A stretch of DNA of 64,000 nucleotides from an uncultured Methylomirabilota bacterium (GTDB lineage: Bacteria; Methylomirabilota; Methylomirabilia; Methylomirabilales; 2-02-FULL-66-22). The translations under genes and the position numbers were made by a program. The stretch is from positions 544,001 to 608,000 of the forward strand of contig OY970067.1 of the NCBI GenBank assembly GCA_963705305.1, given 5' to 3'. Of the stretch, positions 53,611 to 63,131 are shown piece after piece (positions within the stretch are counted from its first letter, which is position 1; each line of letters opens with the position of its first letter). Under the pieces are notes generated by a model, which had not been told where the DNA came from, ran no database searches, and saw only the letters and a list, made by a program, of their open reading frames with translations.

Positions 53611-56010
53611 TCAATTCTTCCACGGGGGCCGCTGTTCGTTCGTCCCGGCCGACTCCAGCCTGCGGGTTGCCAGTTTGCGGAGTAATTCCTCTCGGTTCGG
53701 TCCGCTGAGCTCTTCCGCCAGTCGCGCGAGCGCCTCCGCAACGATATCCCGGTGGTGCACCCCTTCGGCCCCGGCCTTCTCGGTGACCTCCAGCCACAGG
53801 CGATGGACGAGGTCGATGTCCTCTGCGGTCAAGCTCGGCGTGTGCGCCCCGAGGTAGAAGTCCTGGAGCTGGCCGTCAGGCTGCACCACCCGGTAGCGAA
53901 CGGTGTGCTGTGGCTTTTGCGGGAGGGCCTCCCAGGCCCGTCCCATCCGCCTCGCCATCTCCTCGGACGTCATGACGCCCGAGCGACCGGCGTAGATCTC
54001 CCACGAGTCGAGCTGGTATGCAGTCACCACGGCCGCCTGGAACACGTCGGATGACGGGACCACGAGGAGGTCCACGTGCTTCCCCGCCTTCTCGGCGAGG
54101 GCGACGACACGAGTGAACAACTGCTGTTCGTAGGCAGAGAACAGCCTGTTGACATCCAGATTCTTGTAGCCCATGTCTGGACCTCGCGCCACCCGCACAG
54201 TTATGACCACCAGGTTCTTCTTGCCGGTATGCGTGAACTCCAGCGCCTTGGCCACGTGGCTGAGGTTGTTGTAATCCCGCACCAGGCAGAGGGTGTTCCC
54301 CGGACGGATCCCCACGATCTGAGGCGAGATCTCTTCCTCCGGATGGATTTTGAACTGGTCCAGCTCTACGTGGCCGCGACCCGCCAAGCGGCGCAGATTG
54401 ATCCGCTCGGACACCTCGAACATGATGAAGAACACCAGGGTGAACGCCACCCCGCTGACCGTGGCCACCTGCTTTGTCAGCAGGTTGATCCCGGCGATGG
54501 AGAAGAGCAGGGCTGTAATGATCCCCAGGCCGAGGGGCAGCTCGATTCCACCCAGCGGTAGGTTGAGCGGGACCTTCCACTCGCGCGGCCGCTTGTCGGT
54601 GTAGCGCAAAACGAGGACGGCCAACCCCTTCATGGCGAAGGACCAGATCACGCCGAAGGCGTAGGCCTCCCCCAGGACATAGACGTTGCCCCGGGAGCCG
54701 ATGATGGTCGCGAGCTGCAGGATCACGATGAGGTTGATGAGGCGATAGCTCGTCCCAAAGCGTTTGTGGGGAGCCCGGAACCAATCGGTCAGGACGCCAT
54801 CCTCGCTCACTCGGTTCAACACGCCGTTGGAGCCGACGATGGCGGTGTTGACCGCGCCGGCCAGGATCAGGAAACCCACGATCACAATGAAGGCCTGGAA
54901 GACAAGCTTCAAGGGCACTGGTCCGATCACGTGCATCGCGATCCCGCTGATCAGGTTATCGTAGTACTGCGGCCGGATGGCGTCGGGGATGATGGCGAAG
55001 GCGAAAAAGGAGACGAGGGAGGTGAAGAGCAGGGAGTACACGAAGATCACCAACCCCGCCCGCATGAGGTTCTTGTGTTTCGGGTATTCCAGCTCGCGGT
55101 TGACCTGGGCTAGGGACTCTTCGCCGGACATGGCGAGGACCGAATGGCCGAACGCCATGAGGATGCCGATGAGGCCGAGGAGCATTCCCGCCTTGGGACC
55201 GAGCCCGTACTGCGGCCCCTCTTGCCCGGGGGTCGCCGAGGCGGCGTCGGCCTTGGGCGCTTCGCTGGCCTGGGGCCGGAATGTCCCCGGGAGGAGTTGC
55301 GGCATCCAGCCCACGGCGTCAGTATTGAAGGAGAGGTTGGAGGCTACCGGCAGAGGCGGGAGCTTCTGCGCCGTGGGCTGGGTGAGAATGGTGACCGTGC
55401 TCCACAGGATCATGATGACCACCATCACCGTCGTGACGTACATGATCCTGAGGGCATCCGTGGAGGACTCGTGGATCCCCCGGGTATTCCGCCACCAGAA
55501 ATAGCAGGTGATGAGCACCGCGATACCCGCCGCCAGGAGGTTGACGCTGTCCTTGGGGGGCTCCCACGGGTGGCCGAAGTAGGTCATCGTCTGGGCTGCG
55601 AGGCCAACGATGTACTGCCCGGCAGAAACGCCCGAGATCGGCCCGGTCAGCACGTAGTCAAACATCAGCGCCGAGACCGAGAGCTTCGCCAGCGTGCCGC
55701 CCATGGCCTCCTTGACCACCCGGTAGACACCACCGCGGGTGAACATGGCGCAGGATTCGACATAGACAGCCCGGACAGCGTAAGAGAACAGCATCACGCC
55801 CAGGATAAACCAGGGTGCCGCGTGGCCTACAGCCTGCTCAGCGATGCCACCGGCATAGAAGGCGGAGGATGCGAGATCATTCAAAACGATGGCCGCCGCC
55901 CGCCAGAACGAGATGAAGCTGAGCATGACCGACGTGGCGACGACAACCTTCGTCTGGGTCGTGGGGTGCACCGCGACCGATTTGGCGGTTTGTTCCGGCG
56001 ATGACGACAC
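53611..56010 (-). CDS. APC-family permease (distant KimA-like) with large cytoplasmic C-terminal region
   Basis: NDLASSAFY, GGVYRVV, DYVLTG, SGEES, AYAFGV; AAAGGAG RBS before GTG 56010. Confidence 0.85.
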   Translation of the reverse strand: MSSSPEQTAKSVAVHPTTQTKVVVATSVMLSFISFWRAAAIVLNDLASSAFYAGGIAEQAVGHAAPWFILGVMLFSYAVRAVYVESCAMFTRGGVYRVVKEAMGGTLAKLSVSALMFDYVLTGPISGVSAGQYIVGLAAQTMTYFGHPWEPPKDSVNLLAAGIAVLITCYFWWRNTRGIHESSTDALRIMYVTTVMVVIMILWSTVTILTQPTAQKLPPLPVASNLSFNTDAVGWMPQLLPGTFRPQASEAPKADAASATPGQEGPQYGLGPKAGMLLGLIGILMAFGHSVLAMSGEESLAQVNRELEYPKHKNLMRAGLVIFVYSLLFTSLVSFFAFAIIPDAIRPQYYDNLISGIAMHVIGPVPLKLVFQAFIVIVGFLILAGAVNTAIVGSNGVLNRVSEDGVLTDWFRAPHKRFGTSYRLINLIVILQLATIIGSRGNVYVLGEAYAFGVIWSFAMKGLAVLVLRYTDKRPREWKVPLNLPLGGIELPLGLGIITALLFSIAGINLLTKQVATVSGVAFTLVFFIMFEVSERINLRRLAGRGHVELDQFKIHPEEEISPQIVGIRPGNTLCLVRDYNNLSHVAKALEFTHTGKKNLVVITVRVARGPDMGYKNLDVNRLFSAYEQQLFTRVVALAEKAGKHVDLLVVPSSDVFQAAVVTAYQLDSWEIYAGRSGVMTSEEMARRMGRAWEALPQKPQHTVRYRVVQPDGQLQDFYLGAHTPSLTAEDIDLVHRLWLEVTEKAGAEGVHHRDIVAEALARLAEELSGPNREELLRKLATRRLESAGTNEQRPPWKN

Positions 56011-56196
56011 GGGGCTTGCTCCTTTATGGTGGCGGAATGTCCCACTGGATGCCACCCCTTGCGGCCTTCTTTCTCCTCACGGAATCGTGGCCCGTCGGTA
56101 CGGCGGGGAGTCTAGCACCCGACGATACCACCCGCAACCGTCCCCGCACCTGAGCCCGGGCTTGACCCGGGCTGTCGCGCTCCGTAGAATCCTCGC

Positions 56197-56754
56197 GTGA
56201 TCTCCAGCACCTTCGCCACCCCGTTTCGCGCCGCCAGCCGGGCCCGCCGGGCTCGGATGGTCTTCGCTCCCACTTTCTGCTGTTTCTGTCTGCTCCCGGC
56301 CGTTGCCTTCCCCGCCCCCCAGGTGTTCTTCTCCCCGGCTGGGGGCGTGCGCCAGCGGCTCCTGCAGGCAATCCAGGATGCCCGGCGGACCATCGACCTC
56401 GCCATCTACAATCTCACCTCGACCGAACTCGCGGAGGCTCTTCGAGCGGCCCAGGCGCGCGGCGTCTCCGTTCGCATCCTCATGGACCGGGAGAACCTCG
56501 ATGCGGGGAACGCGACCATCGGCCGCCTGCGACGAAGCGGTATCCCTGTGCGCGCGCTCGGGGTCCCCGAACATAGCCTCATGCACAATAAGTTCGCCAT
56601 CTTCGATGGCCGGCTCGCCGCGACCGGAAGCTATAACTGGACCCAGAGCGCCGAACGTGCCAACTACGAGAACCTCGTAGTGCTGGACGATCCCGAGGTG
56701 GTCGGGCACTTTCAGCGGGAGTTCCAGCGCCTTTGGCTGGGGGCCACCGAGTGA
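56197..56754 (+). CDS. Phospholipase D family (single HKD) Nuc-like nuclease, probably exported
   Basis: VFFSP, MHNKFAIFD, TGSYNWT, NYEN; hydrophobic leader; start uncertain (56197 or 56257). Confidence 0.85.
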   Translation: MISSTFATPFRAASRARRARMVFAPTFCCFCLLPAVAFPAPQVFFSPAGGVRQRLLQAIQDARRTIDLAIYNLTSTELAEALRAAQARGVSVRILMDRENLDAGNATIGRLRRSGIPVRALGVPEHSLMHNKFAIFDGRLAATGSYNWTQSAERANYENLVVLDDPEVVGHFQREFQRLWLGATE

Positions 56755-56891
56755 CGGAGGACTCGTCCGGTTCGGCCAGGCAAGAGAAGGGGGTGCGGAA
56801 TTTTCTTGTCGCCGCCTTGCCCGTCTGCTACATAAAGATTGGAAGGTAGTTGCGGCTCTCTCAGCTTCATGGCCTCCAACGTGGAGGAGAG

Positions 56892-57893
56892 ATGCGCGGG
56901 GTCCATTTCCGGGTTGTTCTGGCGACATGTCTCCTTCTCACTGCGCTGCTTTCCTTGCCGCCGGCCGCGCCGGCCGGCGCCGCCGACCACGTGCCCGCCG
57001 CCTCCTCCTTCCCGAATCCGCCGACGCTCCGGGCCAACGTCGAGTTCTGGAGACAGATCTATTCAGAGTTCGGCGTCGGCGACTTCGTCCTGCACGACCG
57101 CGACAATTTGGAGGTGATCTACGGGGTGGTGCGGGTGCGTGAAAGCAGGAATGCCGCCCGCGCGGCGGCGGCGGCCAAACCGGAAATCGATCGGCTCCGC
57201 TCGCAGTACGAGACGGTCTTCGCCAGGTTGGCGGATGGCACCCCCCCGGAGGAGTTGGGCGACGCCGGGCAACGAGTCGCCCGGCTATGGGGATGCCCCT
57301 GCGCGCCGGATGTGTTGCTCCGGGCTGCCTCCAACATCCGGGTTCAGCAGGGACTCCGCGAGCGGGTGGAGGAGGGCCTGCGTCGTGCGCGGACGCTGCT
57401 CCCCCGCATGCTCGCGATCTTGCATCAACACGGTGTGCCGCCGGAGCTGTCCGCCCTTCCCCTGGTGGAATCCAGCTTCAATCCCGCGGCCCGATCCAAA
57501 GCCGGGGCCGTCGGCCTCTGGCAATTCCTCCGGTCCACCGGGAGGCGATACCTCACGATCACGCGTCGCCGCGACGACCGGCGAAATCCTCTGAAGGCCA
57601 CCGAGGCGGCCGCGCACCTGCTGCGACACAACTACGAAACCCTCGGCTCCTGGCCGCTGGCCATCCTGGCCTATAACCATGGAACCCAGGGAGTTTGCAC
57701 CGCTCGACAGGCGGTCGGCAGCGACGCCATCGAGGATATCATCGCGGGGTATTCGGGGCCGCGGTTCGGATTCGCCTCCAAGAACTTCTACGCGGAGTTC
57801 CTGGCCGCGCTCGAGCTCGTCCAGCCCCTGATCCTTCAGCAGGCGCCCCCCGGGCGCCTGGCGCAGCACTCCCGGTCTCGTCCAGAGAGTTAG
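56892..57893 (+). CDS. Lytic transglycosylase (MltD-like SLT domain, no LysM)
   Basis: Signal peptide, VESSF, GAVGLWQF, WPLAILAYNHG. Confidence 0.9.
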   Translation: MRGVHFRVVLATCLLLTALLSLPPAAPAGAADHVPAASSFPNPPTLRANVEFWRQIYSEFGVGDFVLHDRDNLEVIYGVVRVRESRNAARAAAAAKPEIDRLRSQYETVFARLADGTPPEELGDAGQRVARLWGCPCAPDVLLRAASNIRVQQGLRERVEEGLRRARTLLPRMLAILHQHGVPPELSALPLVESSFNPAARSKAGAVGLWQFLRSTGRRYLTITRRRDDRRNPLKATEAAAHLLRHNYETLGSWPLAILAYNHGTQGVCTARQAVGSDAIEDIIAGYSGPRFGFASKNFYAEFLAALELVQPLILQQAPPGRLAQHSRSRPES

Positions 57894-57930
57894 CCCCAAT
57901 CCGAGAATATCTCACCACCAAGGCGCCAAG
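57891..57930 (+). repeat. Second copy of the left arm of the 19710 repeat element
   Basis: TAGCCCCAATCCGAGAATATCTCACCACCAAGGCGCCAAG vs TAGCCCCATTCCGGAATTATCCCACCGCCAAGGCGCCAAG. Confidence 0.75.
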
Positions 57931-58021
57931 GATTGCACGGCTGGAATAGGCGCATGCCGCCGTCCGTCTGCCGCCGGACCTCAGCCGGCCGCCGGCGGGT
58001 CGTTGCGGCGGGCTATTGCGC

Positions 58022-58783
58022 TCACTCGGATGCCAGGCGATACCCCACACCGGGTTCCGTCAGGATATAACGTGGGCGGGCCGGATCCGCTTCCAGTTTC
58101 CGGCGGAGTTGAGCCATATAGACCCGCAGGTAGTGCGTCTGCTCGGTATAGGTTTGCCCCCAGACCTCGCTCAGCAGCTGGCGGTGGGTCAGCACTTTCC
58201 CGGAGTGTTGCAAGAGGGTATGCATGAGCCGGTATTCGATGGGAGTCAGGTGGACTTCCTGTCCATTCACCCGGACGCGCCGATACGCCAGGTCCATCTC
58301 GATGTTCCCCATGGAGAAGACGGAGCTGCCCGGGTCCTCGCCGACCTGGGCAGCGTGGCGCATCGCGACCCGCATTCGCGCCAGCAGCTCCCCGATCCCG
58401 AACGGCTTGCTCACGTAATCATCCGCCCCGGCATCCAACGCGGCGATCTTGTCAGGCTCGAGGCCTCTCGCCGATAAGACGATAATCGGCACGCTCGTCC
58501 ACTCCCGCAGCCGCCGGATCACCTCCAGCCCGTCCATATCCGGGAGCCCGAGGTCGAGGATGATGATGTCGGGCGTGCACGTGGCGACCTGGGTCAGCCC
58601 TGCCTCGGCCGTCTCCGCCTCGAAGAGCCGAAATCCCTGGCTCGTGAGGGCCGCCCGGAGGAATCGCCGGATTTCCTCATCGTCCTCGATGACGGCCACC
58701 GCCGCCCCACTGCCCGCCTCAAGGCTTTGAGGCGACGCCTGGTCCGGCACATCCGATGTCATGGACTTCGCATTCTCAATCAT
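58022..58783 (-). CDS. kdpE: KdpE response regulator (OmpR family)
   Basis: LDLGLPDMDG, ALDAGADDY, THRQLL, YLRVYMAQLRRKLE, TEPGVGYR. Confidence 0.92.
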   Translation of the reverse strand: MIENAKSMTSDVPDQASPQSLEAGSGAAVAVIEDDEEIRRFLRAALTSQGFRLFEAETAEAGLTQVATCTPDIIILDLGLPDMDGLEVIRRLREWTSVPIIVLSARGLEPDKIAALDAGADDYVSKPFGIGELLARMRVAMRHAAQVGEDPGSSVFSMGNIEMDLAYRRVRVNGQEVHLTPIEYRLMHTLLQHSGKVLTHRQLLSEVWGQTYTEQTHYLRVYMAQLRRKLEADPARPRYILTEPGVGYRLASE

Positions 58784-60377
58784 CTGTCACCCTAATGTCC
58801 GGCGGGGCATCCACCAGCGGCAGCCGGAAACGGAACGCCGCGCCGCCCCCCGGACGGTTCTCGGCCCAGATATGCCCACCGTGCGCCTGAATGATGCCCT
58901 GGCAAATGGAGAGTCCAAGCCCGGCGCCGCCGCGGCGCCCGACCGAGGACCCACGATAGAACTTCTCGAACACCTGCCCTTCCTCCGCGGGCGCCAACCC
59001 GGGACCACGGTCCAGCACCTCGACCACAATCGTTCCGTCCGCCACCGCGGCTCCGAGCTCGATGGGGCTGTCCGGCGGCGAGTACTTGATCGCATTGTCC
59101 AGGAGATTGATCAACACCTGCTCGATCAGGAGCCCATCCAGGCGGACCAGCGGCAGGTCCGATGGCAGGCGGGTGATGAGCTTCCGATCCCGGAGATATC
59201 GCTCCAGTTGCGCCAGCGCGGCCCCTATCACCTCCTCCAACGGATACCATTCGGCGCGAAGCTTGACGGCGCCCGCTTCCAGACGGGTCATCTCCAAGAG
59301 GTTGCCGACCAGCCGCGCCAGCCGGTCGGCCTGCTCCTGGATCATGATGGTCAATTCGCGACGCGTTTCACGATTCAGGCGCCCCTCGTCTTCCAGGAGG
59401 CTGCTGGCGGCACCGGTGATGGCCGCCAGCGGCGTCCGGAGGTCATGCGACACCGAGCTGAGCAGAGCGTTCCGCAGCCGCTCGGTTTCGACGCGCATGC
59501 GGGCCTGCTGGGCCTCCTCGACCAAGGCGACGCGCTCGATGGCCAGCGCTGTCTGGTTTGCAAAGGTCTCCAGCAGGTGCAGCTGCTCGGAGGTCAGGGC
59601 CGGCGGCGCCTGCGCCAGCCGTACGCCCAGGACGCCGATCGTCCCTCGCGGAGCCGTGAGGGGGACGCAGGTTCGCCGCGCCGCGGGGAAGCGCTTCGTG
59701 CCGGACCCAGCCGGCTGGCTGTTCTGATACACCCACTCAACCACCTCCAGCTCGTCCGGAGTCAACGACGGGCCCTCCCCCCCGTTGCGCTCTTCGGCCA
59801 AGCGACCGTTCGCATCCGCCAGCAGCAGGAGGTTATCCAGCGGAAACACCTCATGCATATGGCGGAGGGTCACTCGCGACACGTCCTCGACGCTGCGGGC
59901 GCCCGCCAGATCGCGACTCATCGCGTAGAGGGCCGCGGTGCGCCGCTCGCGCAGCTCGGCGGCCTCCGCGTGTGCCTGCGCGCGAGCCGTCAGGTCGCTG
60001 ATCACGACGGTCACAACCAGCATCACCGCTAGCGTCAGCAGGTACTGCGTATCGGAGGCGCCAAACGTGAAGTAGGGATGGACAAAAAAGAAGTCGAAGG
60101 CCGCTACGCTCATGGCGGACGCTAGGAGGGCGGGCCCGCGTCCATACCTCAGCGCGACCACCACCACCCCTAAGAGATACACCATGATCAGGTTGGCGTG
60201 CGAGAAGTGATGAAACATTATCCAGGCGACGGCCGTGCAGATTGTGACGACGCCGAGGCTGTGGAGGTAAAGCTTCCCCCGGCTCGGGCTGGTTGTCCGG
60301 CGGAAAGTGGAAGATTCCGCGTCGCTCCCGGCTCCGGGTGCCATGAGGACTGGCTGCTGCGGTGCGGGTCGCGCCAT
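58776..60377 (-). CDS. kdpD: KdpD-like sensor kinase (DUF4118-GAF-HisKA-HATPase) lacking N-terminal KdpD and USP domains
   Basis: ANLIMVYLLGV, FDFFFVHP, ERLRNALLSSVSHDLRTPL, NAIKY; starts just before the TM block. Confidence 0.85.
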   Translation of the reverse strand: MARPAPQQPVLMAPGAGSDAESSTFRRTTSPSRGKLYLHSLGVVTICTAVAWIMFHHFSHANLIMVYLLGVVVVALRYGRGPALLASAMSVAAFDFFFVHPYFTFGASDTQYLLTLAVMLVVTVVISDLTARAQAHAEAAELRERRTAALYAMSRDLAGARSVEDVSRVTLRHMHEVFPLDNLLLLADANGRLAEERNGGEGPSLTPDELEVVEWVYQNSQPAGSGTKRFPAARRTCVPLTAPRGTIGVLGVRLAQAPPALTSEQLHLLETFANQTALAIERVALVEEAQQARMRVETERLRNALLSSVSHDLRTPLAAITGAASSLLEDEGRLNRETRRELTIMIQEQADRLARLVGNLLEMTRLEAGAVKLRAEWYPLEEVIGAALAQLERYLRDRKLITRLPSDLPLVRLDGLLIEQVLINLLDNAIKYSPPDSPIELGAAVADGTIVVEVLDRGPGLAPAEEGQVFEKFYRGSSVGRRGGAGLGLSICQGIIQAHGGHIWAENRPGGGAAFRFRLPLVDAPPDIRVTDD

Positions 60378-60624
60378 CGCACTCCCGTTGTGACTGCTGT
60401 CCGGCGGCCCGGTCTCGATCCGCTCTACCGGGCCGGGCGGATTGATCGGGGCATTATACCCCGCCCTGAAGAATTATTGTAGGGGTGTGCTCGAAAAGAA
60501 TGGAATGGCGGCGAACCTCGCCGGTCGGCCTGGGCTGTAGTCGGAATTCCTCTCGCGAGAGAGAAGGGCGTGGCAGGGGGGACCGGGAGCGCGCGTTGCG
60601 GGGCCAGCCGGCCCTCTCGCAATC

Positions 60625-60915
60625 TCATCCATCCTCCTCCGCGGGATCCACCTCGTACCCACGCCCCTCCAATTCCAGGGCGAACAGGGCGAGGAGGCTG
60701 ATCGTGGAGGGGGCCTCCACCCTCGGTTCCGCCTGTGCTGCCCATTCAAGGTGCTCCGGAGGGTGGACGGGGATGCTCTGTGGCGTTTTCAGAACCTCGT
60801 CGGCTGCCGCCCTGAGATCTGGATCATCAGTCTCGACCGCAAGGGATTGCCGATCGGCTCGCCAGCGACCGATTACCTGAGAGGTCCCCCGTCGTCGGAT
60901 CGTTCCTTCCTGCAT
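60625..60915 (-). CDS. Hypothetical protein (96 aa)
   Basis: ORF with plausible RBS, divergent from the FadR gene. Confidence 0.5.
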   Translation of the reverse strand: MQEGTIRRRGTSQVIGRWRADRQSLAVETDDPDLRAAADEVLKTPQSIPVHPPEHLEWAAQAEPRVEAPSTISLLALFALELEGRGYEVDPAEEDG

Positions 60916-60979
60916 CGAAAGCCCCCCGAGCCACGCAAGCGCTGGCGATCTTAAAGCGGACTAAGACGATACAAATTGA

Positions 60980-61045
60980 TTGACCGGTTCCACTAAGGGG
61001 GTAATATAAATTTAGGGATGGTCTGACACCTGAACCATCAGACCA
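60980..61045 (+). promoter_or_regulatory. Promoter and FadR-type operator
   Basis: TTGACC(60980) with TAATAT/TATAAA -10; inverted TGGTCTGA(61019)-N11-TCAGACCA(61038). Confidence 0.65.
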
Positions 61046-61069
61046 GATCATCCAGGAGGATCGTACACG

Positions 61070-61879
61070 ATGGGTCTCCGGGTCGTCAAGAAGACGCGGA
61101 TTTACGAAGACATCGTGGAACAGATCCGGCAGCTCGTGGCCCATGGACACCTAAAGCCGGGGGACCAACTCCCCCCCGAGCGAGAGCTCTCCGACAAGTT
61201 CCAGGTCAGCCGGGCTTCGGTCCGGGAAGCTATCCGCGCCCTGGAATCCATGGGGCTGGTGACCAGCCGGTCGGGCGAAGGAACCTACGTCGCGACCAGC
61301 ATCGAAGCCATCTTTGCCCCGCTGGCAGCGGCCCTCTTGAAAGGGAAGGACACCCTGATCCACATCTTCGAGGCCCGGAAGGTGCTCGAGCCCGAAATCG
61401 CCGCCATAGCGGCCGAGCGGGCAACGCCGGCGGAGGTCAGCAATCTGACCCGCATCTTGCGAGAGCAAGCCCAGGCTATCGCCTTTGGAGGCACCGGGGT
61501 GGAAGCCGACAATGCGTTCCACTCAGCCTTGGCCCACGCCACCAAGAACACTTTCTTCCTGCGCCTCAACGACACGATCGTCGACAGTCTCATCGAAGCC
61601 CGAAGGCAGTATCTGCAGACGCCCGGCCGGGCCGCCCGATCGCTGGCGGGTCATCGCGAGATCCTGAAAGCCATCCAGGCCGAGGACCCGGACGCGACCA
61701 AGCGTGCCATGCTGGCGCACCTTGAGACCATCGAAGAGAGCATTCTGTTCAAACCAACCACGCACACCAGGAAGGAGGCGGCAACCGCCAAGAACGGGTC
61801 CTGGTCATCTAGCGGGAGGGCTGTGGGAATCGAAGGGCTCCCACGGAAGAGGAGGAATGGATATGACCGGCTCGGTTGA
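61070..61879 (+). CDS. FadR/GntR family transcriptional regulator
   Basis: LPPERELS, VSRASVREAI, GEGTYV, FEARKVLE, DNAFH, HREI. Confidence 0.93.
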   Translation: MGLRVVKKTRIYEDIVEQIRQLVAHGHLKPGDQLPPERELSDKFQVSRASVREAIRALESMGLVTSRSGEGTYVATSIEAIFAPLAAALLKGKDTLIHIFEARKVLEPEIAAIAAERATPAEVSNLTRILREQAQAIAFGGTGVEADNAFHSALAHATKNTFFLRLNDTIVDSLIEARRQYLQTPGRAARSLAGHREILKAIQAEDPDATKRAMLAHLETIEESILFKPTTHTRKEAATAKNGSWSSSGRAVGIEGLPRKRRNGYDRLG

Positions 61880-63029
61880 AGTCGTCTACCGGGGAATCTT
61901 CCAGAAACACCTGGGACAGCGCATCACCCGCGCGGTGGTCCTGGCCGCCGTCAAGGAAGGCAAGGTCGGGATCTCCTTCGGGCGCTACGGAGACTCGCCG
62001 GAGCGAAACGGCATCCCGGCGAAGAGCTTCGCCGTGGTGGCGGATACGGAAGAGGAGCTCCAGGCGCACCTGGCCCGATATGAACCCAACAACAACGACA
62101 TCACGGTCGCCGTGGATGACACCCTGTGCAAAGGGGTCGAGTCCTGGGCCTGGTATGGTCTGCAGCCGATCAACAAGCTGACGCGTCCCGGCGGAACGGT
62201 GCTCGTCACCTCGATCCAGGCCCCCGAGGAGCTGATCAAGGATTGCCACCGGAAGGACGCGGAGTGGAACCTGGCCGTCCTCAAGGGAACGGCCAGCTTC
62301 TCGGGGCTCTGGGTGTACAAGGATGACCACACCGACGTGCGGGTGCTGGGGGCCATCGCCAAGTTGGCGCCGCACGTCGTCAAGCTCGAATCGGTAGAGG
62401 CCGCCATCCGGGACGAGTGGAATGACGAGCTCAAGGTGGCCTCGGCCCGCAAGGCATACGAGCGGGTCCAGAGCCGTCGGGTCGGGCCGAACGAAGGCAA
62501 TGCCGAGAAGCCGTACGAGTTCCGGCTGCTCACGTGGCAGGAAATGAAGGAGGGACTGGTCATCCCCGGCATCCCCGTCAAGCAGGAGGTCGAAGGGTGG
62601 GACGGGGGCTATCGCCCGGGCCGGAATCCCACCTTCAAGAAGTTCTCCACGCGCACCATGCGGCCGGTGGTGGACTTCGACATCTGCACCAAGTGCACGC
62701 TCTGCTGGCTGCAGTGTCCTGATTCCTGCTTCGACGTAACGCCCAGCGGCCACTACGACGCCAACATGGAGGCGTGCTGCGGCTGCGGCGTCTGCGAGGC
62801 GGTCTGCCCGGTGGAGCACTGCGTCACCATGGTGAACGAGCAGGTCTTTCAGGACAACGCCAGCCAGTTCGAGGCCTACGAGAGGGACAGGGAGGCCTAC
62901 AAGGCCTGGGTCAAGCAGGCGATCGAGAATAAGACCGTCACCCACCGGGAGCACGGCTTCCGCTACCCGGGGCAGTATCAGGAGGAGATCGCCGAGGCGG
63001 CCGTACGCGGCGAGGGGGCCGGCGACTGA
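61863..63029 (+). CDS. 2-oxoacid:ferredoxin oxidoreductase gamma-delta fusion subunit (oxalate oxidoreductase delta-like)
   Basis: YGDSPER gamma region, RPVVD, CTKCTLCWLQCP and CCGCGVCEAVCP 2x[4Fe-4S]; GAGGAGG RBS. Confidence 0.88.
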   Translation: MTGSVEVVYRGIFQKHLGQRITRAVVLAAVKEGKVGISFGRYGDSPERNGIPAKSFAVVADTEEELQAHLARYEPNNNDITVAVDDTLCKGVESWAWYGLQPINKLTRPGGTVLVTSIQAPEELIKDCHRKDAEWNLAVLKGTASFSGLWVYKDDHTDVRVLGAIAKLAPHVVKLESVEAAIRDEWNDELKVASARKAYERVQSRRVGPNEGNAEKPYEFRLLTWQEMKEGLVIPGIPVKQEVEGWDGGYRPGRNPTFKKFSTRTMRPVVDFDICTKCTLCWLQCPDSCFDVTPSGHYDANMEACCGCGVCEAVCPVEHCVTMVNEQVFQDNASQFEAYERDREAYKAWVKQAIENKTVTHREHGFRYPGQYQEEIAEAAVRGEGAGD

Positions 63030-63131
63030 CCGCTCGGACCTCGTGGAGAGGGGCGGCGCGGTCCGTTCGGTTCTTCCGGACCGGCACCCGCCGCTGGATC
63101 GACGTATCGGGATCACCATGGAGGTGACGAA

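Noticed and set aside
60378..60624. kdpF or a missing kdpD 5' half upstream of kdpD
   Set aside because: No hydrophobic small ORF or Walker A-type KdpD motif found
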